Assembly: GCA_964270895.1 (NCBI GenBank)
Contig: OZ185439.1
DNA length: 64,000 nt
Strand: one strand, 5' to 3'
Source: Podarcis filfolensis
Taxonomy: Eukaryota
Shown: positions 24,671-37,944 of the stretch, in pieces
Numbering within the stretch: the stretch's first letter is position 1
Layout of the letters: each line of letters opens with the position of its first letter
Position numbers and translations under genes: made by a program
The notes under the pieces: generated by a model
The model's database searches: none
Seen by the model: only the letters and a program-made list of their open reading frames with translations
Told to the model about the DNA's origin: nothing

Positions 24671-24973
24671 ACAGGCTTATCTCATACAGTATACATTATG
24701 AGTGATATCCACTATTGAAACAACTGGATTTAAATAGCGTAAGCCTGCCACTTTCAGTGAGTCTACTCTGTTTATGACTTAACTGGATACCATTCCGTTA
24801 CCACTCTTTCATAATGAAACTGCATGGGAACTGGGAACACAACTGCACAAGACTGCATCCTTTTATGGTAAGGTGGATGGAATGGTAAGAGTCACTATAA
24901 ATACTTGAGGACTTGAAAGACTAAATCCAATTTAACTCAATTGATATATTTGGTGAATTTTTATCCTGTTCAG

Positions 24974-25084
24974 AGTTTGGAGCCTCTTCCAATGAGTGGG
25001 CCTGATTTTGGTGCTATAGGGGAAGAAGCTGAACTGGTTGAAGTTGAGCCAGAAACCAAACAGGAAATACTGGAAAATAAAGAT
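24974..25084 (+). CDS. SAMM50: SAMM50 exon 2
   Basis: ttcag/gtgagt; 111 nt; [37 protein letters not shown]. Confidence 0.97.
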
Positions 25085-25224
25085 GTGAGTATTGGGATAC
25101 CCCATTGTCTTTCTGTTTAACAGTGCACAGTCATTGTAACACAGTCATAATTTTAGTAGGAGCAGAATTATTACCATTTAGCAATGAATAATTTTCTTCA
25201 GGTATTAGTAAACAATTGTGTAAA

Positions 25225-25590
25225 GAAAATTCTTGGAGAACAGGTGATGTACCTGCAAACTAGAGGTGGGCAAATGTCCCCATCTTCAAAAGGGGGGGAG
25301 AGAAGACTATCAATTGGTGAGTTTGACATCAATATCAGGAAAGGTCCTAGAACAAAAAATTGAAGAGTTGGTTTGTAAGCATTTAGAAAATGATGCTGTG
25401 ATTACTAAGACTCAGCATGGGTTTCTCAAAAATAAGTCATTCCAGACAAATCTCATTTCTTTTTTTGATGGAGTTACAAGCTTGGTGAATAAGGGGAATG
25501 CTGTGGACATTGTGTATCTTGATTTCAGTAGGGCTTTTGACAAAGTCCCCTATGATATTCTTGCGAGGAAGCTGGTAAAATATGGGCTTC
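25225..25590 (+). mobile_element. CR1 LINE reverse-transcriptase internal fragment
   Basis: VSLTSISGKVLEQ...QHGFLKNKSFQTNLISFFDGVT...VDIVYLDFSRAFDKVP. Confidence 0.92.
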
Positions 25591-25813
25591 ACCCACAAAA
25601 TAATGTAAAAACCTGTTTAATAATGATGCTGTTTTTGCCACTTAAAATTCTTGACTTTGATTCATGATGAGACAATGTTCTGTGCTGTCTTGGAATTGCA
25701 GTTCAATAATTCATTGGTTATGGCACCATTATGTTTTAGTTGAGTAGAAATTCTAGTTGTCCTTGGAATGTTTCCAGGGTTAACATTTTGATGAGAACCA
25801 TCTTAATCTTTAG

Positions 25814-25915
25814 GTTGTGGTTCAACATGTGCACTTTGATGGACTTGGAAGGACTAAAGATGACATTATCATGTATGAAATTGGTGACGTATTCAAGGCT
25901 AAAGACCTCATTGAT
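25814..25915 (+). CDS. SAMM50: SAMM50 exon 3 (POTRA)
   Basis: tttag/gtaagt; 102 nt; [34 protein letters not shown]. Confidence 0.97.
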
Positions 25916-26016
25916 GTAAGTAATGAAACCCTGAACCCTCAAAAGCTTGAAAATACTATGAAGTCTAAAAATGTCAGTATCCTTGTTTAATATTACTATT
26001 ATGTTATTGTTTAGGT

Positions 26017-26152
26017 CAGGCATAGGCAAACACGGCCCTCCAGATATTTTGGGACTACAACTCCTACAATCCCTAGCTAACAGGACCAGTGGTCAGGGAT
26101 GATGGGAATTGTAGTCCTAAAACATCTGGAGGGCTGAGTTTGCCTATGCCTG
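26017..26152. mobile_element. hAT-type palindromic MITE, 136 bp
   Basis: TIR caggcataggcaaac; 8-bp TSD gtttaggt/gtttaagt. Confidence 0.9.
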
Positions 26153-26681
26153 GTTTAAGTCATTTAGCACAGGGCATCTCTTAACAATTTACAATCTAGG
26201 TTAAGAAAAAGGTTAAAAATGACATTCAAAATATAGCTACACCTCAGTACACAAAACACCAACACTAGGCAGAAAAGCTTAGCAGCAGCTGACATAAAGC
26301 CTTGACGCAGCAGGTTTATGGGCTATACAAACTGACATGCCAAAGCAATATTGCAAAACATGCTTTAACAGAAGCATGGGTATTCTTTATAAGCAGATAT
26401 TCCAGTGTATAAATATGGTGCTAAACTGCAGTCTTGCTCTTGCAGACGTAAGCCTCATGAGTTCCTTTTATTCCTTTTTGAGTTTAGTTATACATCAGTG
26501 TTATACATGTTGGGGTTGGATGCTAAACCGATTTATATGAGGTCCACTCTGTGTCTTGGAATTCCCATTTGTGTAATGAAAATGTAGAGCAGTATGTGAG
26601 ATAATGAATGTATGCATTTGGCAAATAACTGTTGAACATTTAGTCATTAAGGTGCAAAGCTAAACCTTAAATATTTTGAAG

Positions 26682-26769
26682 GTTATGAGGAAGTCCCATG
26701 AAGCTCGTGAAAAGCTCCTCCGTCTAGGAATTTTTAGACAGGTGGATGTTCTAATTGATACGTGTCAAG
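26682..26769 (+). CDS. SAMM50: SAMM50 exon 4
   Basis: tgaag/gtaatt; 88 nt; [29 protein letters not shown]. Confidence 0.97.
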
Positions 26770-27419
26770 GTAATTATCACTGAGTGTGATTTGTTTTCCT
26801 TGAGTTTTAATATAGCTTTCTAGTAGTTTAATATGCGTCATATTTAAATACTTGGAAGGAGGAAAGAGGTTAAGTAACTCTTGCAGGAGAACCATTGAAA
26901 TAAATGGGAGTTAAGTTACCTAAATCTGTTGAGTCCAGTAGGTCTACTCTAACTAAAATTGGCTATCCCTCCTTTGATAGGACAGACTATTTTATACATG
27001 TGTCCTTCTCAATAGTTCTAGTGTAGCATAAATGACTGGAATGCTTAGTTTCAATATATAGATATCAGGCAGCAAAGTATCCATCAGGGTGACATGTTGT
27101 ATTTGTTTTCATTGAGTTCTACAACTATTTGTGTAGTGCTAGCCTTGGCACTGAGCTTGCCCCCAATTAAAACATGGTGCTGGTTTGCTGCCATCTAGAC
27201 CACCCTTCCCCAGATTGGTGCCCTCCAGAGGGTTTTGACTGCAACTTCCATCAGCACCGCCTACTATGACACATAATCAGGAATAATGGGAGTTGTAGTA
27301 CAAAACCTTCGCAGGATAAATGGATAGTGAAGGTTGATACAGATTTTCCCTTATTAATCAGCTGAAATTGTGAGGGTAGAAGACCCAATACTAGAAGGAA
27401 GTACCAGGACTGGATCGGG

Positions 27420-27810
27420 ATAGCTTGACCACAGTTGTCCATGCATTGGTAACCTCACAGTTGGATTACTCCAGTGCATTCTGTGTGGGGTTCCCCTTGG
27501 GGTTGGTCTGGAGGCTGCTGGAGAATGTGGCGGCTAGGTTGCGTTTGTGGGCAGACGACTGCCAGCATAGAACACCCTGCTTGTAGGATTTGCACTAGCT
27601 GCCAAGTCTGCTGCCAGGCTGAGTTCAAGGTTTTGATGCTAACATGTAAGGCCCTATACAGCAGTATCAGGTTTTGTGGGCCTTGTGGTCTGTGGGGAAA
27701 CTTCTCCTGCAAGTTCCAAGATCTTAGAAGCCTTCTCTGCAGTAACTTGGAGCAGGGATTTTAGTGTAGCTGTCCCTGTTCTGTGGAATAGCATTCCTGT
27801 TCAGATATGA
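27420..27810 (+). mobile_element. Degraded L2 fragment
   Basis: catgcattggtaacctcacagttggattac and CCQAEFKVLMLTCKAL match the L2 3' ORF2. Confidence 0.75.
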
Positions 27811-28409
27811 CAGGCAGCACTATTTTACATTATGAAAACAATCAAAGATTCCCGCCCCCCCCGGCTTTCCCAGCTGGATGAATGGGTCCTTGCCATGAGT
27901 CTGTTCTGTATTGCTTTAGTTTTGTTTTAAATGTATCAGCTAGTTGTTGTTTTTTAAACTTTTGCTGCTGTTTTTTATTATTATACATCACCTTGGGATG
28001 ATTGTGTAGAGAGTGATTAATTAATTATGATAATAAAAATAAAGGAAATGTTATAAGAGGCTAGAGGGAAGTATGGTAAGGCACACAGATCTCTGCTCCT
28101 GTCCTGATCTGTGAGGTTTGTGCTTAAATCTTCAATTCCACTGTTAAGTGTTCATAGTTTGAACCAAACATCGTTTAGTATTATAGAAAGTCAAATGCAT
28201 GGGATGAATCTATTTGGGGTACAGTATTCGCTTCTGTGAAGGCATTTTTCTGAGTGTATTAAACTGTGAGAACTTAATTTAGGTATTACATATGTTATTT
28301 AAAGTATTTTAAGAAGCTATTTAAGAAACACTGTGTTTTAATAATTAGAAATGTCAAACTGGATTTAAAAAATTGTTTTCTTTACTGATACTTCTGTCTG
28401 TGTATTTAG

Positions 28410-28516
28410 GAGATGATGCCCTTCCAAATGGTTTAGATGTAACATTTGAAGTAACAGAACTGAGAAGATTAACTGGAAGTTATAATACTATGGTTGGCAA
28501 TAATGAAGGGAGCATG
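28410..28516 (+). CDS. SAMM50: SAMM50 exon 5
   Basis: tttag/gtatga; 107 nt; [35 protein letters not shown]. Confidence 0.97.
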
Positions 28517-29630
28517 GTATGACCTGCATAACAACCTCCTGCAATCTAAGTTGTTGTGATATGCTAGTTTATCATAAGTGATTTAAATTAATTTTGGTAA
28601 AACAGATTTCCCTCTCCAGTCATAAATACATTTATTTGGAATGAGAGTTCCATTAAAATAAATGAGATGTGTATGTGTTCATTTTTTTCTGTTTATTCTA
28701 CAGTTGTCCTAGAAATCTCTGATCTCTTGACAGCTTTTATTGTGTAGAAATATGCTGAGACTGTAAATAATTGCAATATTTTATTCCAAGCTGAAAACAC
28801 ATTTTTTTCAATTGAGTGCTTATTATAATATAATGTCATCTTGTTATGAGATTCAAAGAAGGGAGGTTTCAGTTGAAATCAGAAGCTTGTAGTCAGGAAA
28901 TTTATATGTTTTCAAAAACTGATGCTTCTATAAATTTAGAACATGATTGACAGCTCTGTGTGAAAATTACAAAAAATGCTTTAGGGTTCCAATTTGAGAA
29001 GCTTGCAATGATTTATGTGTTTTCTCATCTTTCATACATTTGACAGCAATATGAGCAATATGGTACTTTACCTATGGTGTATAATATATTTATCTGGGTT
29101 TTTTTTTTATGGAGAAGCTTGAGATAATGATAAAAGGGATATTTTAAATACTTGAAAACTGCAAAGTTTCTATGAAGGTTTCGGGAAATATGGGTTAGTA
29201 AGTCTAATATTAACTGGGTTTTAAAATTCACACTGTTTAAAATATCACAAATAGCAATGGGCTGTAGTCACAGCTTCTGCAAGGGAGCTTGCAGAAGGTG
29301 AGTTCCTCCTCCCTCACCCCAGGCTTCTCACCATTGCAGCTCTGTGGGCTGTGCTTTCTGTGACAGTAGTCATATTCTCTTCCCATGCCCCCAAATGGCT
29401 TCTGGGACATTGAGGGGGACAGATAGACCAAGATGGCACCTAGAATCTGCTCAATGCCAGAGCCCAGGTGGGGTAGGATAGTGATTAAAAAATTTAAAGG
29501 GGGCCGCAGAGCAGGTATCCTTTGCCACTGGAAACATTTGTGTGCAGCAAAAAAACTACAGAAAACAGTTAAGTGCGCAAGTGTCTTGGCAAAGTTGTAC
29601 ATGCTTCAGTGTTTATTCTGGCTCTTGCAG

Positions 29631-29761
29631 GTACTTGGACTCAAACTCCCGAATATATTTGGACGTGCCGAGAAGGTGACATTTCAGTTCTCCTATGGCA
29701 CAAAGGAAACTTCATATGGTCTCTCTTTCTTCAAACCACAGCCTGGTCACTTCGAAAGAAA
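29631..29761 (+). CDS. SAMM50: SAMM50 exon 6
   Basis: tgcag/gtaaga; 131 nt; [43 protein letters not shown]. Confidence 0.97.
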
Positions 29762-30916
29762 GTAAGATACCTTCAGAATGTAGTAAGGTTTCAGTGCTAT
29801 GTACATCTGTTTAGAAAAACCCTAGACCCTTGAAAAGGTATTGTAAGTGGTGTGCAGCAAAGGACAATAAAATCACCATTATACACCCCATTTTTTGAAA
29901 GATGAGCTACTTAAGGTAGTGACCCCAATACTCAATACGTTCACTCTCATTTGCAGTTGGTCACACTGAGAGCAGTTGGTAACAGCTTTCACTGCTATGA
30001 CCGTTAGCAAATATTTTAAGGCACGTGTCAACAGATTGGGCCATACCCAGTGCTTCAGCTCTGCTTATACAGTGGACTTAGTGTGAGCAACAGAGCTTAT
30101 TCTCCTGTCTGCTCCACCCACTCACCCCTGTGTACCCTAACTCTGGAGGCTTGGGGGATCTGGAACAAATGTTGGGGTATGTGTGTTGTGGCTGGAGAGG
30201 AAACAGAAGTTCCACATTGGATACCACCCAGTGTCTTGCAGTTTTAGAATCTATGCTTCCTTAGTTCCATCAAAAGAGTTCTTAAGGCAGTTGACATGGT
30301 AGAATTTACTCCTAAGTTTTCATTCTCTCCTATGCTTTTCCTTGAATGGGACATTTCTTGACTGCTGTAGGTCTTACCAGGCAGATGGGCATCAGATGTT
30401 GCTGGTTTTCTGGCCTCCCAGCTGCCATTGCTGTTGAAGTCATGCATAAAGTCCTTCTTCTCCCTTCTATCTGCTACTGTTGCCTTGCCAGGCTTTCAGC
30501 AGCCAGGAAAACTCCCCTCTGGTGATGTGTTCCTGAGCACCAGGCCTCAGTAGAACATGTTAATGCCCAAATTGGGTATGGGTTTTTGGAGTTATTCCCA
30601 TGGATAGAAAGTCTGTTTCACAACTTTATTATTATCATTATTAAAAATACTGTATCTAGCTTTAGCCCAGGAGATTTTTTTGAGCAAACATTTTGAGTGA
30701 CGAATTCAACTATATTTTTTACATGTATACATACAGGGCAGTGATTCCTCACACCATGTGTGCAAAGTATTACATTGGAACTAATTCTGCATTAATTAGG
30801 TTATATTTCTATGTTTTTCCATAGAAACTTTGGAGAAAGTGAGCAAGATATCTTGCTGTTTAGCTTCTATCTCTTGTTTCAGCTAATGCTAAGTCAAATA
30901 CAGTATCCTTCTGTTT

Positions 30917-30917
<1 letters not shown>

Positions 30918-30961
<44 letters not shown>

Positions 30962-31615
30962 TTATTTATACCCCGCCCATCTGGCTGGGCCTCCCCAGCC
31001 ACTCTGGGTGGCTTCCATGGAAACCAAAAATACAGTAAAATATCACACGTTAAACAGGGCTGCCTTAAGATGTCTTCTGAATGTCAGGTAGTTGTTTATC
31101 GCTTTGACATCTGCTGGAATGTCAGGTAGTTGTTTATCGCTTTGACATCTGCTGGAAGGGCGTTCCACAGGGCGGGCGCCACTACCGAGAAGGCCCTCTG
31201 CCTGGTTCCCTGTAGCTTTGCTTCTCGCAATGAGGGAACCGCCAGAAGGCCCTCGGCGCTGGACCTCAGCGTCTGGGCAGAATGATGGGGGTGGAGACGC
31301 TCCTTCAGGTATACTGGCCCGAGGCCGTTTAGGGCTTTAAAGGTCAGCACCAACACTTTGAATTGTGCTCGGAAACATACTGGGAGCCAATGTAGGTCTT
31401 TCAAGACCGGTGTTATATGGTCTCGGCGGCCGCCCCCAGTCACCAGTCTAGCTGCCGCATTCTGGATTAGTTGTAGTTTCCGAGTCACCTTCAAAGGTAG
31501 CCCCACGTAGAGTGCATTGCAGTAGTCCAAGCGGGAGATAACCAGAGCATGCACCACTCTGGCGAGACAGTCCGCAGGCAGATAGGGTCTCAGCCTACGT
31601 ACCAGATGGAGCTGG
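30918..31615 (-). mobile_element. Young L2-clade LINE 3' fragment with (TTA)n tail
   Basis: HALVISRLDYCNALYVGLP...QLIQNAAARLVT...LHWLPV...AFSVVAPALWNALP; CpG-rich; 38-bp internal tandem duplication at 31079-31156. Confidence 0.92.
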
Positions 31616-32469
31616 TTTGCAAGTAAATCTAGTCTGCACTAACAGTTGTATATCTGTCCACTCGCACAAAGATAATGAAAGGCAGCTCAGTTTGTTTCAT
31701 CCCTCCCATATGTTCTTAAGTTTTCAACAGTTTTTGTCAAATCCAAAAACAGTAAAATTTCCTGATAAAATGTTAAATTGCATTTTCTCATCAAATAGTT
31801 CTGTTCAGAAAGTTAATGTAGATGTCTTGGCTGCCAGCACTTTAAGAGACCGCTGCTGTGCAGTGCTAAGCTTGCACAGCTCCTTGTACAACTATCTGCA
31901 TTTCACTGTTAACACTGAAAGTAAATTAAGTTGATTAATGATGACATATGAGAATTATCTTCCATTTTCTGTAACCAACTTATTAATTGGTTTTTAAGCT
32001 ATTAAAGGATTTTGTACAGTAAAATTGTAAGCAATTCTTCTGTGGTTTAGCTATTTAGATCTAACTTAAGGGCTCCAGTTCTAGCTTGAAGGCATAGCTA
32101 GCGCTAGGCTCCTGTCCTGCTAGTGGTGAACCACCATTCTATCTCTGCCTTCCTGGCTCATTTAGTAAGAGACAGAGAGTGTCTGTGAGGCGTATGGTGA
32201 AATAGGATTGTTGACCATACAGCACAGAAGGTTAGTTTGGAGGTCCAGGAACTTGAACCACGAGTGCAATCTTAACATCTTTCCTTTAAGGATTTTACAA
32301 TGACAAATGTGGCAGAGCCGTACAGCCTTGTCCTGTTTGCCAAGTAAAGAGTTCTTTTTATCTGCTATAGGTAAAGTTAAGCAGTGCCATAGGTGTGATC
32401 TTATGAAACACTTGTTCTTCAGCTCCTTTCTTTGTTGTAGTAATCCAAATCTCAATGTTATGTTTCTAG

Positions 32470-32557
32470 CTTTTCTCTCAATCTATATAAAGTAACCGGA
32501 CAATTTCCTTGGAGTTCTCTTCGTGAAACTGATAGAGGAGTATCAACAGAATTCAAT
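32470..32557 (+). CDS. SAMM50: SAMM50 exon 7
   Basis: tctag/gtaggt; 88 nt; [29 protein letters not shown]. Confidence 0.97.
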
Positions 32558-33280
32558 GTAGGTAAAATAGCACTACTTGTTTATGGTTGGCTGGGGAGAG
32601 AGAAATCCACAAATTTGGTTATCTGCAGTGACAGTGCCTCTCTGTCTGGCAGCCGCCCCTCACTCAAACCAAGTTTTCTCTCTCAAGTTTTTTGAAGATT
32701 GCAGAGAACTCAGGAGGAGGAAATATTTGTGCTGGGCATGATAGACTTAACCTTTCCTTTCCCTCTTATCTTCTTGCTTCATCTTCTGCATTGCTAAAAT
32801 TGAGGTGGGGGAGCAGAAGGCGATGGAGGCAGCTTTTTAAAAATGAAGCAGATGCAGCCACTGAAACTTATCCTGCTCTGTTGTTGCTCCAGTGCTGCCT
32901 CCTGGAACTGGCAAATCCTTGCATGGATTTCAACACCCCAGCATCTCCTTTCTGTGAGAATTCACTGAGTTACCTGATGCCTGCTGCTTGCCTCGGCTCC
33001 GGTCCAGCTGAGAGCCTAGCAACTCTCTTGAAAGGAGCTAGCAGCCCAGCACCTTCCTCACAAAAAGCCAGCTCACCTGGCTAGCACCTGCCCTCAAGAG
33101 AGAAGCCAGGTGAACCTGGGAGGAGACTGTCAAAACAAAGTACCGTATTTTTCGCTCGATAACACGCACCTGACCATAACACGCACATCGTTTTTAGAGG
33201 AGGAAAACAAGGGAAAAAACATTCTGAATGAAACAGTGGATGTATCATTTTTGTGCTTCATGCTGTGGCCACAGACATGT

Positions 33281-33815
33281 GATCTGATGGTGAATTTGGG
33301 GTGACCCAATGCAAAAATCCTGAGAATCCCTGTGGATCCATGCTTTGTAACCACGTTTTTGCACCATTGCAGCCCCAGGCAACAGTGGGTGTGTGATTTT
33401 GGGGGGGGGCAGGCTGTAGCCATGGACATGTATGTGCTCTGATGGTGAATTTGGGGTGACCCAATGCAAAGATCCTGAGGATCCATGTTTTGTAACCACG
33501 TTTTTGCACCATTGCAGCCCCAGGCAACAGTGGGTGCGTGATTTGGGGGGGGGGCAGGCTGTAGCCATGGACATGCTATGTGATCTGATGGTGAATTTGG
33601 GGTGACCCAATGCAAAGATCCTGAGGATCCATGTGGATCCATGCTTTTTAACCACATTTTTGCACCATTGCAGCCCCAGGCAACAGTGCGTGTGTGATTT
33701 TTGGGGGGCAGGCTGTAGCCATGGACATGCTATGTGATCTGATGGTGAATTTGGGGTGACCCAATGCAAAGATCCTGAGGATCCATGTGGATCCATGCTT
33801 TTTAACCACATTTTA
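33281..33815. repeat. Minisatellite, ~150-bp unit x ~3.5
   Basis: Unit starts gatctgatggtgaatttggggtgacccaatg at 33281, 33436, 33582 and 33736. Confidence 0.95.
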
Positions 33816-33974
33816 AGTGGGGAAGGAAGGAAAAATACAGAATGGACAAGGAGCACGAGAGGGGTGTGCAGAGAAGCAGCTGGCTAAGAATGCAGGAGAG
33901 GGGTATAACGGGAGGGAGGAAAGGAAGGCAAAAGTTTTCCCTCACCTACCCACCCACCCAAGCCAGCCAGCTCG

Positions 33975-34025
<51 letters not shown>

Positions 34026-34040
34026 CCTCCCTCCCTCCCT
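33975..34040. repeat. (CT)n(CCCT)n microsatellite
   Basis: Direct reading. Confidence 0.97.
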
Positions 34041-34537
34041 CCTGCATGTTTTCAGCAGCACCGGAGCACAGAGACGACACTCTGCTTTCCCCTCTGCTTG
34101 CCTGGAGGGGAGGGGCTTCTTTCCCTGCTCTTTGTTCCGTTTGAGCAAACACAGCAAGGAAACAGAGGCGGGTGGGCAGTAAGACCCTGAGGCAGAATGC
34201 AGGAAAGCAGCCACTTCCTCTTTTCAGGTTTCCCTTCTCTGAGACACGCGATTTGATTTTTGCCTGATTTTTTTTGCCATTTGGCTCCAGGGACCACACA
34301 TTCGCTCAATAACACGCACAGACATTTCCCCTTCCTTTTTAGGAGAAAAAATCTGCGTGTTATAGAGGGAAAAATACGGTACCTTAGCAGCAGCTCCTAT
34401 AGTCTGAGTTGGCTCTTCTAAGACTGGCTGCATTGCCAGTAAACCCAGTGCTCCTGCTCATAAAGATATATGTGAAAGATGCTGAAAATATGTAAATGTT
34501 TTCTCATTCATAATTAAAGAAATTGTTTCTTTTACAG

Positions 34538-34666
34538 TTTCCCATATGGAAGACCAACCACACGCTAAAATGGGAGGGTGTCTGGAGGGAGCTTGGCTGT
34601 CTTGCAAGAACAGCATCATTTTCTGTCCGAGAAGAAAGTGGACATTCACTCAAGTCGTCTGTGTCT
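34538..34666 (+). CDS. SAMM50: SAMM50 exon 8
   Basis: tacag/gtaagc; 129 nt; [43 protein letters not shown]. Confidence 0.97.
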
Positions 34667-35817
34667 GTAAGCTTTTGCTATTTGGAATATGAATTTTTGA
34701 AGTATGACAAATGCTGTCGAATAGTACCACATTAATTAAGCCAAATGCAATAGTGCTGAAATAATGGTTCCTTATGACACCTGTTGTCCATTCTTGCCCA
34801 AGAGCAATAGAGATTCGAGTCTATACGGATATGAGGAAAGCTGATTTTTGTACTGAATGATATATATGTATATTTCAGATTACAGCATCTTTATCCATTT
34901 ATTCATTTATGTATACTTTTATATTTATAATTATCTGCTTATATTATTGTTATAAGGTTTCACAACATACCTAATATTTTCAGTTCATTGTTTCCTAACA
35001 TGAAGATAGACATAACTTTCTTAATAGCAGTTGGTTTTTCACATGCAAAGGGAACCTGGCTTTGCTGTCTTGCATAGTTAATAGCTGAATTGGCAATTGT
35101 ATATTTATTCACGATAAAAGCTGCAAGGTTCAATTGATCTATCAGAATGTTTACTTGACTAAAAATATGCCATTGCTAATAGGCAAATAAAGGTAAATAA
35201 AGGCAAACAAAGGTAAATAAAGATGGGGAGCATCATTCTAAGGGAGGTATCCCCCTCATTCTCTCACATAGGAGGGAACTGAATATTATAAGAGTTGCCT
35301 TTTCTTCCACATATCAATAAGTAAGTACGCCTCTCTCTCTTCACTCGCTGAGACAGAGCTAACGTTGCAGTGGCTGGTAGTATTGCTGTGATCCAGCAAA
35401 CTGCAGATGGAAGAACAAATATCTCCTTTGCAGTTTCACATGTGTATTCATACTCAGTTGCTTGTGCACAGTTGGATAACTGGCAGTTGTCGCAAGGAAT
35501 GCAGCCACTCAGTGTAAGGAATTGGATCTTGGCCATAGTTTCCACATAATGTAGTAGCTTCATGTTGAAATGCTCAGTGTGTGCTTAGTCAACAAAACTA
35601 CTTAGTAAAATTCAGAATTAAGGATGAACCTTTTATTGCTAGATAATTTTGATTATGCAGTATCATGTTAAGAGTTTAGTAGAATGTTTGCCCAAACGAG
35701 TAGTGATGAATAATTTTTTCCTCTATCTCCAATAAGATTCTATGCAATTCAGGAAAAAGGAATGTCATAGTTGACTGTTCCTACCTTATAACATTTCATA
35801 TGTGTGTTTGTTTATAG

Positions 35818-35889
35818 CACGCTATGGTAATTGATTCTCGTAACTCTTCAATCTTGCCGAGACGAGGTGCTTTGCTGAAAATAAACCAG
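35818..35889 (+). CDS. SAMM50: SAMM50 exon 9
   Basis: tatag/gtatta; 72 nt; [24 protein letters not shown]. Confidence 0.97.
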
Positions 35890-36070
35890 GTATTATCAGG
35901 TTCTGGAAAATAGCTGTGGGTGGGTGTTTTATATTTGCAATATGTATGCAAGATATGGCACTATTGGTTGAAGTCCTGTACACTTCAGCTCCCTGCACGA
36001 AGTGATTCGTGTGGAAATGTCTTTTTGTATTTATATTTCTGTCTTCAAAAGAGTCTGTTTGGTATTTTAG

Positions 36071-36157
36071 GAGTTGGCTGGCTATACCGGTGGTGATGTG
36101 AGTTTTCTGAAAGAGGACTTTGAACTTCAGTTTAATAAGAAGCTCTTGTGGGATTCA
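36071..36157 (+). CDS. SAMM50: SAMM50 exon 10
   Basis: tttag/gtaagt; 87 nt; [29 protein letters not shown]. Confidence 0.97.
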
Positions 36158-36475
36158 GTAAGTACTTTTCAGTAAGTTTACTATTGGGAGTAAACGATTC
36201 ATAACATAGTACCTTTTAAAAAACCCCAAATGAAATAAAGTATCTTTTTAAAGTTACAAATTGTTTTAAGTACAGCATTTAGCAGTTCAGTTTGGAATCA
36301 GTTCAGCCTGCATATTAGAATATAGAAAATGTGTGCATTTTCCTAACAGGGAAAATGCAGGTGTGATGATTGTCACGTAAGTTTTGGAACTTGAGGGAGT
36401 TTCAGAAGCAGTTAGTGTTGTGGTGGGGAGATTTCTTGTTCTAAGAAGCCAGTTTGAATGTGTGTTTGTGTTGGA

Positions 36476-36476
<1 letters not shown>

Positions 36477-36542
<66 letters not shown>

Positions 36543-36552
36543 AGGGAGGGAG
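36477..36552. repeat. Compound (GT)n(GA)n(GGGA)n microsatellite
   Basis: Direct reading. Confidence 0.97.
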
Positions 36553-37329
36553 AATGGCATAACCCTTTGCTCAACATTAGGCAACTCTTGGCTCCTGAGC
36601 ATAATTTGCAGTATATAGGTACAATCTAGAGAAATCCATCTATTTGTGCCCTTTTGATTTTTTAAAAGTGCAATATAGGAAACTCTAGCCTTTGTTTTAA
36701 AAGGCTCTACAATATGAAAGTGGCTCAGGGGTTGGAGCTGGGCTATGTGGAGCCACGCTGTCATTTATACCGCCCCTGGACAGCCTTTCTTGTGCATGTA
36801 TTGAAACTTATTTTCCACTGGAAATGCTAAGATGAAAAAGGGGCAACATAACAACAACTATTATTCTGGAAGTAACTGATGTTGCTTCAGAAAGTACATA
36901 TTTTTATTTTTTACAAATTCAGTAAATGTGAGCCATTTTACTCCTAAAATTCCCCCCTTTTCTTTTTCATCCTGCAGTTGAACCAACTCTGTTTATTTCC
37001 AAACTTTTAGCTAGCTATTTTTTAATTGTAGGTGGCAAATTGTTCTTCCATGTTGGGGCTGCTAACATGCAGGCAGCGACTATTAAGTTCCATACAGGTT
37101 CTTTGTTTTATTTAGTCATCTAAATAACACAACAGAATTGCTAAAGGGTCCAAAGTTACAACATAATGGGTTATTAGTGTGATTAATCTAGTTACTACTA
37201 GGGTTTCATTATTAATGAACAAGACCACAAACATGCCTCATACCTGCATTCGAGGATCCACATCTCCAACATTTATCTGCACACCTGTCATATATTTTAC
37301 TCAATCTATGATTGCCTGTCTCTTTGAAG

Positions 37330-37400
37330 GTTTTATCAACTTCTCTTTGGGGTGGAATGTTGGTTCCTATTGGAGACAAACCATCAAGTATTGCTGATAG
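37330..37400 (+). CDS. SAMM50: SAMM50 exon 11
   Basis: tgaag/gtaagt; 71 nt; [24 protein letters not shown]. Confidence 0.97.
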
Positions 37401-37785
37401 GTAAGTAATTCCACTTGCTTTCCTTTGAGTTTGCCTATTGTCTGTCTGGCATATCATATAAACTGAAATGATGCATTTCTTGCATCAAGAAATTTATTTT
37501 AAGCATTGATTTTAATGGTACTCATTTGCATGGCTTCCAAACCAAGCTACTTGGGAGCTTGCTTTAATGGCAGCATTTCCCGCATCTCAGAAAAGTTTAG
37601 CAAAGGATGGCCAAACTAGGTGTGACAGTGGCACCTCTGTATGCTTAGACAGGGATATGCCCTGATCATATTGAAAGGGTGGATGTGGAGGTGAGGAGGT
37701 GGTTAAGTACAGTTCCTTCTGCCTGCTGTAACACACCTTGTCGCCTGCCACTTCACATGTAGTAATGGTTCTCTTTTCCTTATAG

Positions 37786-37853
37786 ATTTTATCTTGGCGG
37801 ACCAACAAGTGTGCGTGGATTCAGTATGTACAGCATTGGACCACAGAGTGAAG
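37786..37853 (+). CDS. SAMM50: SAMM50 exon 12 (conserved VRGF loop)
   Basis: tatag/gtttga; 68 nt; [22 protein letters not shown]. Confidence 0.97.
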
Positions 37854-37944
37854 GTTTGAGACATTTTTAGTGGGCTGCATCATTGTCAATAATTTTACTA
37901 GGACCCAGAAAATGGGCTGAGAATACTTGAGGATGATGATAGGT

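Larger units (their letters stand above)
33143..34379. mobile_element. Tc2-like (TcMar) non-autonomous element, 1237 bp, with internal tandem array
   Basis: 26-bp TIR ccgtatttttcgctcgataacacgca (2 mismatches); TA TSD. Confidence 0.88.

Noticed and set aside
26660-26682. U12-type branch point (accttaaa) before SAMM50 exon 4
   Set aside because: The intron 3 donor is gtaagt (U2 type); no intron in the window has the GTATCCTT U12 donor.
33130-33856. 175-203 aa repetitive Cys/His-containing ORFs, and a superficially CRISPR-like periodic array
   Set aside because: They are translations of the ~150-bp tandem array; the units are fully repeated with no unique spacers, and the context is a vertebrate intron.
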